DNA of 38,008 nucleotides. Origin: Octopus bimaculoides (taxonomy: Eukaryota). Of this stretch, positions 10,758-22,034 are shown one piece after another; the first letter of the stretch is position 1; the number at the start of each line of letters is the position of its first letter. The notes under the pieces were generated by a model. The model worked only from the letters and a program-made list of their open reading frames with translations, did no database searches and was not told the DNA's origin. Position numbers and translations under genes: made by a program. The DNA is taken from positions 121,750,647-121,788,654 of the forward strand of contig NC_068983.1 in the NCBI RefSeq assembly GCF_001194135.2. Reading direction: 5' to 3'.

Positions 10758-12590
10758 GTGTCTTTGTGTTTGTTTGTCCCTCGCCATTGCTTAACAACCG
10801 GTGTAGGTGTGTTTACGTCCCCGCTACATTAGCGGTTCGGCAAATGAAAATAAGTACTGGAGTCGATTCATTCGACCTAAAATTTTCCAAGATGCTGCCC
10901 CAGCATGGCCGCAGTCTAATGACTGAAACAAGTAAAAGATAAAAGGATTATAATAACATCAGCTGCGCAATATTTTTCCTTTATTGGGCATACTTCTTTT
11001 CTCGTCGCAAATTATGACATGTGGTCTGTTATACATGCATCTTACTGTGGTCTTAACAGGAGCATTCCACCAGTATTTTCCCATATTATGATTCATAATG
11101 TCCTTTACATTACAATCATCCTTCTCACAGATTACTTCGTATGTTTTGGCCATCTGCATACTTATCCCTTCTGTACATCAAGTATTTCCTGGTTAATTGT
11201 AAAAGGATACCCCTCAAAGAGGTAGCTATTGTCCGTTTCTTACTCCAAAATAGATTAATCTGATGATCTATGTTCAAGTTTTCTGAGAAAATAATCATGC
11301 AGGATATTCCGATAAGCATACAACTTTTCTTCTGAGCTGTTTGGAAACGTTGTGAAACTTTACTGACTATGTATCTCTGGAGTACTATTTGAGCAACAAC
11401 TTTCCAACTCTCTTTATGTTATCTGCCTCATGTATACATCTTTCATTCACGGATGCACTTCGATACGTGCAGGCTAGTGGATGTTGTCGAACGGATAAAA
11501 TGCAACATTCAAAGGCTGCCGCATTGTTTTCCTTTTAAACAGAAGCAGTCTATATTGCAGTTGGTATAGGTTGAAAGTTTTCAGATTTTAAGATCAATAA
11601 CCCGGATTTCTTCTACGGTCCAATCAGGCAGTCTAAATGCGCCCTTGAATACTGCTAGAGGAAACACATTGGACGTTACGAATTCTTTTATGCAAAATCT
11701 TCTAATGAGCCATAATGATATTATTATTTACACAGCAATCTTGGAGGGATAGATACAAACAGGCAGAGTACATTGCATACATTAGATTCTGACATGCAAC
11801 TGAATGGTAGTTTTTTCTCCAAGTGATGGGCATTGTTACCAGTTGGGTATGTTTATGAACATACCAGCTTCGTACGTGTATGTGTCCAGTAAGAGCTAAC
11901 TAGGAAAGGTCTATAGATAGCCTCCGATAAAAGGTTCGTCTTTTCCTTTCTGTTTCTTGGTCTTATTTTGTTTTCTTTTTTATTTTTTGCAAAGATTTGT
12001 TTTGTTTTTTACTGCACCGAAAATCAAATTTCTTGTTGATACTTGGCTATTCTGAAGACTTTCAATGAAAATCTTAGGTGTATCATTTTAATGCTGTTAT
12101 GTTTTCCGTGTAATCTAAAGACAATATTTCTTTCAAATTTCATTTAGCCACGCTGCATCCTGATTAAAATCATTTTCCACACTCAGATTTTTTTCAAAAT
12201 GACTCTATATCATCCTAATAAGGAGATTCTGTGAAATTTATTGATTTTCTCATTGTATCTCTATAAATTGTTGATTGGTTTCGATGAAATGACTTGTTAA
12301 TTATTTTTCTTTGAACCACTCTCTTTAGATACCAGAGTTTTTTCCCTGATAGCTCTTAATCCCTGTTTGAGAGTGATTAATTTGTATTCAAGTATTCTTT
12401 TTTCTGCACCAAAGAGGAATCTAGTTATTTGTTTGTTCTATGTAATAAGCAGCACCACATGGCTATTTTTCCGTAAGTCAACGATCTTTTTTTTTCTATT
12501 TTCCAATCCACTTATTTTTATCTTTTTGCCTTTCTTAACTACGTTAATATCTCCAACATACTGCATTGCAGTAGTTAATTCACGAAGACT
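10250..12590 (-). mobile_element. Old, internally deleted RLE-type non-LTR retrotransposon (Dong/R4-like, family 2), interrupted by a SINE
   Basis: Scattered minus-strand peptides appear in the expected order: WKIEKKIVDLRK, FNQDAAWLNEI, NYHSVACQNLMY (cf. NYRPIAC), DWTVEEIRVIDLK, GKYWWNAPVKTT...NRPHVII, then an II.ACGYIT segment and a 3' end similar to 22130-22275. Confidence 0.65.
10577..10945 (+). mobile_element. tRNA-head SINE, type B (CORE-like), with internal (TA)n
   Basis: GGTTCAGTCC B-box-like motif, TTGGACAAGT..TTCTACTATAGCC core, internal (TA)n, and tail CCAGCATGGCCGCAG..ATGACTGAAACAAGTAAAAGA shared with 15695-16123. Confidence 0.8.
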
Positions 12591-12616
12591 GAGTTACATA
12601 CCTAAGCTTGTACGCG

Positions 12617-12619
12617 CAT

Positions 12620-12650
<31 letters not shown>

Positions 12651-12745
12651 TACACACGTATGTAGTTACGCACATATACAGGCACATATATGTATTCATG
12701 TATGCATTTCTGCATGTTTATAAGTATTAGTATGTGTGTGTATAC

Positions 12746-12808
<63 letters not shown>

Positions 12809-12835
12809 TATCATATATATATATATATATTATAT
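12617..12835. repeat. (CA)n/(TA)n/(TG)n microsatellite field
   Basis: Tandem units read directly. Confidence 0.9.
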
Positions 12836-12839
12836 ATAA

Positions 12840-14190
12840 ATAATGATAATTTTAGTCGATACCTTTTTTAACACTATATTAATAGTAGTAAGTGTATCAT
12901 AGCCTAAACTAAGACTTCGATTAGATTAGGGTTGAATTTTTTCCATTAATACTGTTTAATATTTCTTTTTGTTTTATGGGATAAATAAGTAGTCTTTTTA
13001 TTTAATTTCTTTGATTATTACTTTATTTTCTAATTAAGGTTTAGTCAATAGTAAAAAATTTCTAATTTTATTTAAACTAAAGTTTCGATTAGATAAATTT
13101 TGTATTTCTTTTCAATAATCTTGTTAAATGTTTTTTCCTTTGTTTAATGGTGATATAATTGCTTTTATATATTAATTTATACAAATTAATTTTTGTTAGT
13201 TAATATTTTGCGTTTATAATTATAATTTTAGTTTAACCTAAAACTTTGTTTAAATTGTATTTTAAACGAATGATTCGTTAAGATAAGATTTGCATAAAAT
13301 ATTTCTGTTAGTATATATTGTTTCTTAGTCTTATTCTTTTGAATCTATAATAATTTAGATTTTAAAGTTCAATTAAATGTTTACAATATAGTTAATTGTT
13401 TTATTATGATATAAGTTATATAAAGTTTAATCTTTCATTCATAATAAAATTTTCATTCATGTTTTTATATCTATTTATTCTATTCTTTTTCTTTGCGCAA
13501 TATTTTCACGAGACTTCTTTCTAATAAACGTTTTAGTCTAAAATCTTTTAGTTTAAACTATAGCATCGTTTAGATAAGTATTACTTTTATCTTTATTAGT
13601 TTAACCTAAAACTTCGTTTAAATTGTATTTTAAACGAAAAATTCGTTAAAATTAGGTTTTGCATATAATATTTCTGTTAGCTTATATTATAATAAACGTA
13701 AAGTTAATTATGGAACGTTTATAATTTTGATATTTCTAATAATATTTTTCTATCTTAATATAATAAGTATTTTATATACATTCATTTGTTTATTTATTGT
13801 TGGTTGATATATACATTCTTTTACTATTATTATTGTTGTAATTTGACCTGAAGATTAGCTACATTTTTGAATAGAATTGATTTTTGATAGTTTTAATCGA
13901 TTTGAATATTTTTTCTATTTGAAAATTTGGTTATGAAACACGTGTAGTCGTTTTATTATCATTGTCTTATGATATTTACTTTGTATTATATTATACTTAT
14001 TTACTGTGCTTTTATTTATTAATTTTCTATATGTGACTGTGGACTTTCATCGATGAGTTCATGAACCTTGGTTCTTTTCTCTAAAACTATATATTTATAT
14101 TTTATACTGTGAAACTTAATTTAATTTTCATTTTCAATAAATTGAAGTGAATTGAGTTTTTATCTGTAAATTTGGATTTTTATCCCCAAT
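12840..14190 (+). repeat. Very AT-rich repeat with an internal ~85-bp direct repeat (13228-13311 and 13596-13680), a hammerhead motif and AATAAA; possibly PLE-derived
   Basis: The direct repeat TTAGTTTAACCTAAAACTT.GTTTAAATTGTATTTTAAACGAA...TTTCTGTTAG is seen directly. PLE origin is inferred only from the ribozyme motif. Confidence 0.45.
13844..13950 (+). ncRNA. Type I hammerhead ribozyme motif with ~80-nt stem II
   Basis: TGAC, CTGAAGA (13848-13854), stem II, GAAAC (13935-13939), ACGT, GTA, GTCG. Stem I is UGAC/GUCG; stem III is the palindrome ACACGUGU. The first stem-II pair is U-U instead of G-C. Confidence 0.6.
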
Positions 14191-14204
14191 ATTATTGTTA
14201 TATA

Positions 14205-14460
14205 TTATATATATATACATATACAGAGAGAGAGAGAGAGAGAGAGACATAGGTAGATAGATATGTGTATGTATACATACACACACATACACACATACTT
14301 ATATACATATGTGTTTACATATATATGTGTGTGTATGTGTGTGTGTATGCGTGCATGTATGTATGTATGTATGTATGTATGTATGTATGTATATATTTGT
14401 GTGCATATGTATGTATTATCTATGTATGCGTGTGTATGCATGCGTGTATGTATGTATAGT
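14205..14460. repeat. (TA)n/(GA)n/(CA)n/(TATG)n microsatellite field
   Basis: Tandem units read directly. Confidence 0.9.
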
Positions 14461-15288
14461 GGAAGAATGTCTTGAAAACAAATAGTTGATCTAATCTATA
14501 AATAACAAACTATTTTGAAATGATTATGTGATGAGCCATTCTGACAGTGTATTATCTCATACGTGCATATGTACGCGCGCACGTGTTTGTGCGTGAGAGT
14601 GTGTTTGTGAGCGTCTCTGAGTGTGGGAGTGTCCTTGTGAGCGCCTGCGTTGAAAGCCAAATGGTATGCATTTTACATTCTTGCAGTCATACTTTATCAT
14701 TTTAATTAATTAACTACTAATTTCATGGGATGTAATCCTGTATTGAAAGGATTTATTTTTTCATTATTTCATTTATCAAAGGCTATGCTATAATATGGCT
14801 TACGTTTGTTTATTGACTAATGTATTTTTATAGGCATGAATTACTTTAAGAAAAGGTTCCTTTTTTATTACGCTAGTTACATAACTACTATACATAATAG
14901 CTCCACGCTATCTATTAACGATCTATGTAGTTATTATCATGTCCTTAGACTCATCGTTTCCATTATCTATGGCTAACTCATTTATTCTTATTTTGTCCTT
15001 TCGTTTTATTTCATTTCATTATATTCTGTCGTATATCCTGCTATTTATTCTTTTCATTTCGTCATTGTGTTAGTCTTTTCTATTACTTCTTTTGAAAGTC
15101 ATTGTTTATTTTTGAGTAAAGAGATTCTTTAATAATTTTTTGAGTCTTCTGAATACTTTTTTGATCAGTCTACTATATAAAGCGGAGATGTTGTTCAATA
15201 TTTACGGTGATCTGAACGTAGGTAGTGTGGTAATGGAAGTTGTAATTTCTGATGTTTCGGTTTCAAGTATCAAAGATATAAATATCAG

Positions 15289-15447
15289 TAGGCATGAGTG
15301 TGTTGTAAGAAGCTTGCTTTCCAACCACATGGTTTCAGGTTCAGTGCCACTGCGTGGCACCTTGGGCAAGTGTCTTCTACTATAACCTCGGGCCGACCAA
15401 AGCCTTGTGAGCAAAATTGGTAGACAGAAACTGAAAGAAGCCCGTCG
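15289..15447 (+). mobile_element. Type B SINE, head and core only (3'-truncated)
   Basis: GGTTCAGTGCC..GTGGCACCTTGGGCAAGTGTCTTCTACTATA..AAACTGAAAGAAGCCCGTCG, matching 15695-15847. Confidence 0.85.
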
Positions 15448-15694
15448 TGTGGTAAATAGCTTGCTTCCCTAAGCGACCAACTTCCGCTTCAGTCATTTCT
15501 GAGTTTGCCGTGCTGCTAGCCAGACGAGTGTTGTCTTTGTGTTGTGTTCATGTTGTGTTGTATTGGATTAGCTAACTGTGCCGTCTTTGTTGGTTTAGCG
15601 TTTGTCTTTCTGGTGGATTTACGTGTTGAACTGTTTTACGCTTCCTTGTCATGAAGGTAAGGTATTTATTTTTGTACAAAAATTTAAAACTGTA

Positions 15695-16123
15695 GGCGCA
15701 GGAGTGGCTCTGTGGTAAGTAGCTTGCTTACCAGCCACATGGTTCCGGGTTCCGTGGCACCTTGGACAAGTGTCTTCTACTATAGCCTCGGGCCGACCAA
15801 AGCCTTGTGAGTGGATTTAGTAGACAGAAACTGAAAGATGCCCGTCGTATATACCTATATATATATATATATATATATGTGTATGTATGTATGTGTGTGT
15901 ATATGTTTGTGTGTCTGTGTTTGCCCCTCCCCCCACATCGCTTGACAACCGATGCTAGTGTGTTTACCTCCCCGTAACTTAGTGGATTCGGCAAAAGAGA
16001 CCGATAGAATAAGTACTAGGCTTCCAAAGAATAAGTCCTGGGGTTGGTTTGCTCGACTAAAGGCGGTGCTCCAGCATGGCCACAGCCAAATGACTGAAAC
16101 AAGTAAAAGAGTAAAAGAGTAAA
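15695..16123 (+). mobile_element. Near full-length type B SINE
   Basis: GGCGCAGGAGTGGCT.TGTGGTAAG A-box-like head, CCTTGGACAAGT core, internal (TA)n(TG)n, and a tandem (AAAAGAGT) tail. Confidence 0.85.
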
Positions 16124-16393
16124 CCGTCGTAGGCTTTTGTTTGATCCCCCCCCCAAGAGTGGGGGGGCAGAATTTGAACTACTAATTTTACTTTTGGTAG
16201 GTTTCTGTTTAGGAAATTATTTTATTTTTATTATCTGAACAATTTTTTGGCCGTTGTAGGCTTATTTCTACACCCCTCCCCAGTGGAAAAAGGGTTTGAA
16301 CCACTGCCTTTCACAAAAAGAAAAAAATTATTTTGAACATTATCCTCGTTAGAGGAATTCAGTCTTTTAGTACTAATTCATTTCGGCCGAAGT

Positions 16394-17104
16394 ATGTCGG
16401 TCGAAATTATTAAAGAAAGATGTACGTTGGAAGAGGGAGGAATTTGCGATGAAGGTGCCAAGAAGTTTTCTGCTGTCACAGTAGTGGCGACAGTGTCAAA
16501 TGATATTTCGCAAGAAAAATTAAATGAATACTTCAAGAGAATGAATGAGGAGGACGGGGATATTAAAATAACACCTGCCTCCAGCATCGAAGCGGAACGA
16601 AATACAGTACTGTTTAAAGCGCATTGCATAGAAAGCAAACGCTTTAAACACTTCGGAAAGGAAAAAATAGAAAAATGCCTTGCCCCTATGTGGAAGGATA
16701 TTACCTATATCGTCAGGGGCAAGACATATGCGACCGTAGAGATCAGATTTAAAACGGAGGAAATGGCCCACAGGTACTCGGTGAGCCCCTTGAAAACAAA
16801 ACAGGTAGTACTTCTGCCAACATACATGGGGAGGCGCACTTCCCGTGTAAAGGTGACAGAAGTGCCGCCTGAAATAGACCAGAGGGATGTGATGGCTGCT
16901 TTGTTATTCAACAGAGCAGAAAAAATTAGATTTCTACAAATTACATGCTCTGCCCCACAAAACTGGATGGGACAGAGCATTTCAGCCATCATCCAAGGGG
17001 ATCCGGAAGACATCGAAGTGCTTCCAGACCGGATGTTCGTGGGAGAGAATGTGGCCCTTCGAATACATTCTCGTTTCGATCGCGACCCCGACACCTGTTG
17101 GTAG
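16394..17104 (+). CDS. 236-aa open frame resembling L1/Tx1-clade ORF1p, ending at a probable truncated zinc knuckle; no ORF2 follows
   Basis: ATG-started, uninterrupted ORF. The segment YATVEIRFKTEE...LLPTYMGRRTSRVKVTEVPPEI recalls RRM-like LINE ORF1 domains (from memory). It ends ...DTCW*, consistent with the first Cys of a CX2CX4HX4C motif. Confidence 0.55.
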   Translation: MSVEIIKERCTLEEGGICDEGAKKFSAVTVVATVSNDISQEKLNEYFKRMNEEDGDIKITPASSIEAERNTVLFKAHCIESKRFKHFGKEKIEKCLAPMWKDITYIVRGKTYATVEIRFKTEEMAHRYSVSPLKTKQVVLLPTYMGRRTSRVKVTEVPPEIDQRDVMAALLFNRAEKIRFLQITCSAPQNWMGQSISAIIQGDPEDIEVLPDRMFVGENVALRIHSRFDRDPDTCW

Positions 17105-17647
17105 GTTTTCCCGGCGAACGTAAAGCAGTTGAGGGCGAGGACAAGCTCTGCCAGACGAAAAAGGGTGGAGGTGCTGGGAGTGGGTTTAGGTCGAGGAAGT
17201 ATTGGAGGGCTAAGAGACCGTCGTTGTGTGTATTAACATATCTACATACATACATGTATATGCATTTGTTTTGTTAATATAGAGAAAAGATGGAAGATAA
17301 AAGAAAAAGAACTGAATGAAAAAAAAATCAGATACATAATAGTGTGTGAGACAAAAAGGAGCACTGGTGCATATATTTCCGTTCTATTTGCTACCTATCC
17401 ATTTATGTCCATTTTTGCATTATAAGTGTATTCAGAAATGTACTCTCTTAACAACCTCTGCTTAATAATAAATGTTTACAGCATAGATAATAGAATATAA
17501 AATGCATTGTTTCTAAATAATAGCACCAATTTGACGTAGTATTCACTTTGAGATTATATACTAAAAAGGAATAGCTAAAAAAACTTTCAACTGAAAACTA
17601 CTTTCCCCATGGGAAATTGAACCTAACACATGATATCGTCTCTGTCT

Positions 17648-17727
17648 TAGCAGAATCGTTAGAGCGTCGGACATAATGCCGTGCGGTATTACTTCCTGTT
17701 CTTAACATTCTTGTGTTCAAATCCCAC
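17648..17727 (+). mobile_element. Degenerate type A SINE head
   Basis: TAGCAGAATCGTTAG A-box-like motif and GTTCAAATCCC B-box-like motif, spaced as in the type A head. Confidence 0.55.
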
Positions 17728-18198
17728 AAATGACACCCTTACTTTTCATCATACTGGATGTCCATAAAATTAAATACCAGTCACGTACTGCGGTTGAAAG
17801 TATTGAATATCTCCTGCTCTCTAAAAATTGTCGGTCATATACTTTAATACGAAACCATTATTTACCTCTCCCCATCTTTCTTTTTTTTTTTTTGAAGTAT
17901 GAGATGTGTGTGTGTGCGCGTGCGAGAAAACATTACGTCCGATAGGTACATACAATTAGCGAGCGCTTACGTTGACTCGCCGCCTGAACATATATGCATG
18001 TAAATATATAAATCCGTATATATAATGTAAATGCTCAATCGCCTATAGTTAATAGCCACTTATTCTAAAGCAGTTATCTTTCCCACGCAAGAAAATGAAC
18101 TTCTCATTCCGTACAATAAGTTTGCTTTCTTTAATAATCAACGCAAAATATTTTATATTTGTATGTAAATTTTGCAAAATTCTTGAATTGAATTTTGT

Positions 18199-18334
18199 AA
18201 ATCTCTGAAGAGGCCTAGTGAATCATGCATGTATCCCCATTACATCATTTTCATCTACTAATTACTCCAGCGTACTGGAGTTATGTAGATAGAACGGGGC
18301 ATGCCAACACTAGGCCGAAACAGCTATAAGATTT
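18199..18334 (+). ncRNA. Type I hammerhead ribozyme motif with 105-nt stem II
   Basis: AAATCT, CTGAAGA (18205-18211), GGCCTAGTG...CACTAGGCC, GAAAC (18317-18321), AGCT, ATA, AGATTT. Stem I has 6 bp and stem II has 9 perfect basal bp. The triplet is AUA where GUA would be needed to pair with C15.2. Confidence 0.7.
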
Positions 18335-19150
18335 TGTCCCTTCTCCAATTGCTAGATGTCCATTAAATTTGAAATCTTAATTGTTGATATGACATGGTAT
18401 GTCATAAGTGTCTGTATATTGTCTTTTTTGTCATTTTGGTTATAAAATAAACAGATTAATCAACGGAATACAGTGTCTGCAAGTTGATGAGTACNNNNNN
18501 NNNNNNNNNNNNNNNNNNNNNNNNNNNNNNNNNNNNNNNNNNNNNNNNNNNNNNNNNNNNNNNNNNNNNNNNNNNNNNNNNNNNNNNNNNNNNNNNNNNN
18601 NNNNNNNNNNNNNNNNNNNNNNNNNNNNNNNNNNNNNNNNNNNNNNNNNNNNNNNNNNNNNNNNNNNNNNNNNNNNNNNNNNNNNNNNNNNNNNNNNNNN
18701 NNNNNNNNNNNNNNNNNNNNNNNNNNNNNNNNNNNNNNNNNNNNNNNNNNNNNNNNNNNNNNNNNNNNNNNNNNNNNNNNNNNNNNNNNNNNNNNNNNNN
18801 NNNNNNNNNNNNNNNNNNNNNNNNNNNNNNNNNNNNNNNNNNNNNNNNNNNNNNNNNNNNNNNNNNNNNNNNNNNNNNNNNNNNNNNNNNNNNNNNNNNN
18901 NNNNNNNNNNNNNNNNNNNNNNNNNNNNNNNNNNNNNNNNNNNNNNNNNNNNNNNNNNNNNNNNNNNNNNNNNNNNNNNNNNNNNNNNNNNNNNNNNNNN
19001 NNNNNNNNNNNNNNNNNNNNNNNNNNNNNNNNNNNNNNNNNNNNNNNNNNNNNNNNNNNNNNNNNNNNNNNNNNNNNNNNNNNNNNNNNNNNNNNNNNNN
19101 NNNNNNNNNNNNNNNNNNNNNNNNNNNNNNNNNNNNNNNNNNNNNNNNNN

Positions 19151-19202
<52 letters not shown>

Positions 19203-19869
19203 TCATATATACACACACACATACTTATATGCATGCATATGTATGTATGTATATGTTCAGGCCTGGCAGAATATGACGCCTACTATCCTACTATTGTCTA
19301 TATATCTATCTCAGTATGCCGCCACTGTGTTTGAAAATAGCTGTCTAAAACGCTTGTAAAGGTAATATATTTCATTTTCTCCAACTCCTGGGATTATCTC
19401 AACTGGCCACTTCTAAGGTAAACAGCTCAGAAATTATGTCTGCTACGGTATTGGTAGTGTCTGATTGTAACTTTGAAGATGCCATAAATACCGGTGTGTT
19501 ATATTGTTTATGATACTGATTAAAAATTGACCATCATTGACTGAGACAGCCTTCTTATCTGATGCAAGTTCTCCACTCTTAATGCCATTCTCTGTTTTTA
19601 AATTTTTTTTACTCTTGCAATCCTTTAATACATCTAAAAATCATATGTTGCCACAACTTTTTCTTTTTTGTAAAGAAAAGGGATATTACTTTGTTTATGC
19701 AGACATTTCTATCACGATAAACTATAAAAAGATAATTCAAAGAATTATCTCTTCTAAAGAAATAAGGAAAGATAATTCAAGTAACATATCGTACATCAGA
19801 GCCAGATCAAAGAGAAATTGTTTTGATGAAAAGCGTTTATGAGGCCATCATCGTCTGTATATGAATGTG

Positions 19870-19899
19870 TGCGAGTAAGAGTGTGTGTGAGAGGGAAAG

Positions 19900-19984
<85 letters not shown>

Positions 19985-19985
19985 T
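19870..19985. repeat. (GA)n(TG)n microsatellite
   Basis: Tandem units read directly. Confidence 0.95.
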
Positions 19986-20528
19986 TTGTGTACGTGACAG
20001 AAAGTGAAAGGATGGATCTTGTGATTTATCCACAAATGAATAAGCATATGCGTGTCTGAGTGCATTGATATGTACACACACATAGACACACATACGCAAA
20101 CACACACATATGAGGAAACTGGAGAGTTGACACACAAATTATTTAATTACGTCATCTTACACATATTTTCAGTGAAGTTTCTGGCCGGGTTATGCATTCT
20201 GAGTCTTGTAAGTTTTCTATGTCTTCATCTCATCAGAGATTCGTAGAAAGGAAGACTTAGAAAAATTACATGACCCGCATTGCATAATCCAGTCATAATC
20301 TTCACTGAGATACGTGTAAAAATTGCCGTAATTAAATTATTTATGAACCAATTCTCCAGTTCTTTTTTTTTTCTGTACGTACATTGTGATCTTTCTAACT
20401 ATGGAGACCAGTGAATGGAAGCTTGGAATATAATAGACAAGTTCTCCTCGCAGGTTTCTTTTTCGATATGCAAGGATGTACATGGAGTTCTAAATTCTGG
20501 TTATATGCCATTCAATTTAAATTAGATA

Positions 20529-20565
<37 letters not shown>

Positions 20566-20829
20566 GAAAGAGAGAAAGAAATAAAGTGAGAGAAAGAGAG
20601 AAAGAAAGAGAGACAGACAGACATATAGAAGAGGAGAAGTGTGTGTAATTATGTATGTTTTTATTTAGTCAACAACAAACACCTTGTTGAAACATGCAAC
20701 AATAGAGAGTCGCTTTCGTTAATCATGAGGTGTCTTTGAAATTGAACATGCATCTTTTTTCTGTGTTTTTTACATGTGTGTGCAAATGTGTGCACATATA
20801 TGTGTACGTGTGTGTGCACCCTGTGGGTG

Positions 20830-21090
20830 TGCGCGTGCGTATGTAATAGAAAGAGGAAGAGGGGGAGAGGAAGAGGGGAAAGGAAGAGGAGGAGAGGAAG
20901 AGGGGGAGAGGAAGAGGGGGAGAGGAAGAGGGGAGAGCAAGAGGGGAGAGCAAGAGAGAGGGAGAGAGAGCAAGAGAGAAGGAGAGAGAGAAAGAGAGAG
21001 GGAGAGAGAGAGTAAGAGTGAGGGGGAGAGAGCAAGAGAGAAGGAGAGAGAGCAAGAGAGAAGGAGAAAGAGCAGGAGAGAGGGGGAGAG
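20830..21090. repeat. Purine-rich (GA/GGA) low-complexity tract
   Basis: AGAGGAAGAGGGGG-like and GAGCAAGAGAG-like units. Confidence 0.9.
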
Positions 21091-21529
21091 AGTTATGGAA
21101 ATATCATACGCGAACAACATAACTGAATGGGAAACGTGAGAAAGTGAAAGAATGCAATATTAAAACACCAAAAACAACGACAGAAACCTTAATTTTCATT
21201 TGTCAAAATGCGTCACGTGGCCTCAAAATTCACGTGACAGGCTCCCGTTTAATGTTGAGCGTTTTCATGTGAAAAGGCGACTCTGAACACTGCAAATAAT
21301 AGTCTTCTAAGACTTCTGGAATCTTCATTATTCTCAATAGAAAAAATACTTTCTGCTGTTTATTATCACTAAGGAATTACAATAAATTAATTACAAGAAT
21401 ATATAAAACAGACAAAATAATGTAGTGATTTCAATTACTAGATTTAAGATATTTGGCAATTGAAAATATTAACATCCATACAAGGGAAGTGGCCACCGAA
21501 ATTAGAAGCATCGACTATTTTTGTCATAT

Positions 21530-21622
21530 ACATACATATATACACATACACACATACACACATACACACACATCATACAGACAGACAAGCAGGCAGACAG
21601 ACAGACAGGCAGACAGACAGAC

Positions 21623-21682
<60 letters not shown>

Positions 21683-21729
21683 GGATGGATGGATGGATGG
21701 ATGGATGGATGGATGGATGGATGGATAAC

Positions 21730-21768
<39 letters not shown>
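21530..21768. repeat. (CA)/(GACA)/(GATA)/(GGAT) compound microsatellite
   Basis: Tandem units read directly. Confidence 0.95.
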
Positions 21769-21769
<1 letters not shown>

Positions 21770-22034
21770 CGCTGCACACATAAAACTCCATATCCTACAA
21801 CATGATAAGTACTGGGGCTGTAGAAGCTGTTGCATTTGACTATTGCAAGTTTGAAGGGCGAGAGAGTACAACTGGCTCTGCGAAAAACGCCCGCTGTAAC
21901 AATATTTATCGTACGGTGTTCAGCAAACTACGACATAAGCACCATTTCCATCACACTTTCTTCATAAGTCCAGCAGTGATAGGGAAGAGCACTTTGCAGG
22001 TGTGTCTTGCTGAAACATTATTTAGAGACAAGAA

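Noticed and set aside
15695-15780. tRNA gene interpretation of SINE heads (also 2019-2070, 17648-17727)
   Set aside because: A/B-box-like motifs are present but there is no cloverleaf, and they run straight into SINE cores.
19537-19842. 101-aa plus-strand ORF
   Set aside because: AT-rich composition, near-cognate start, and no domain or splice signals.
20195-20240. Minus-strand CTGATGA..GAAA motif
   Set aside because: Stem III and the NUH triplet cannot be formed; consistent with chance.
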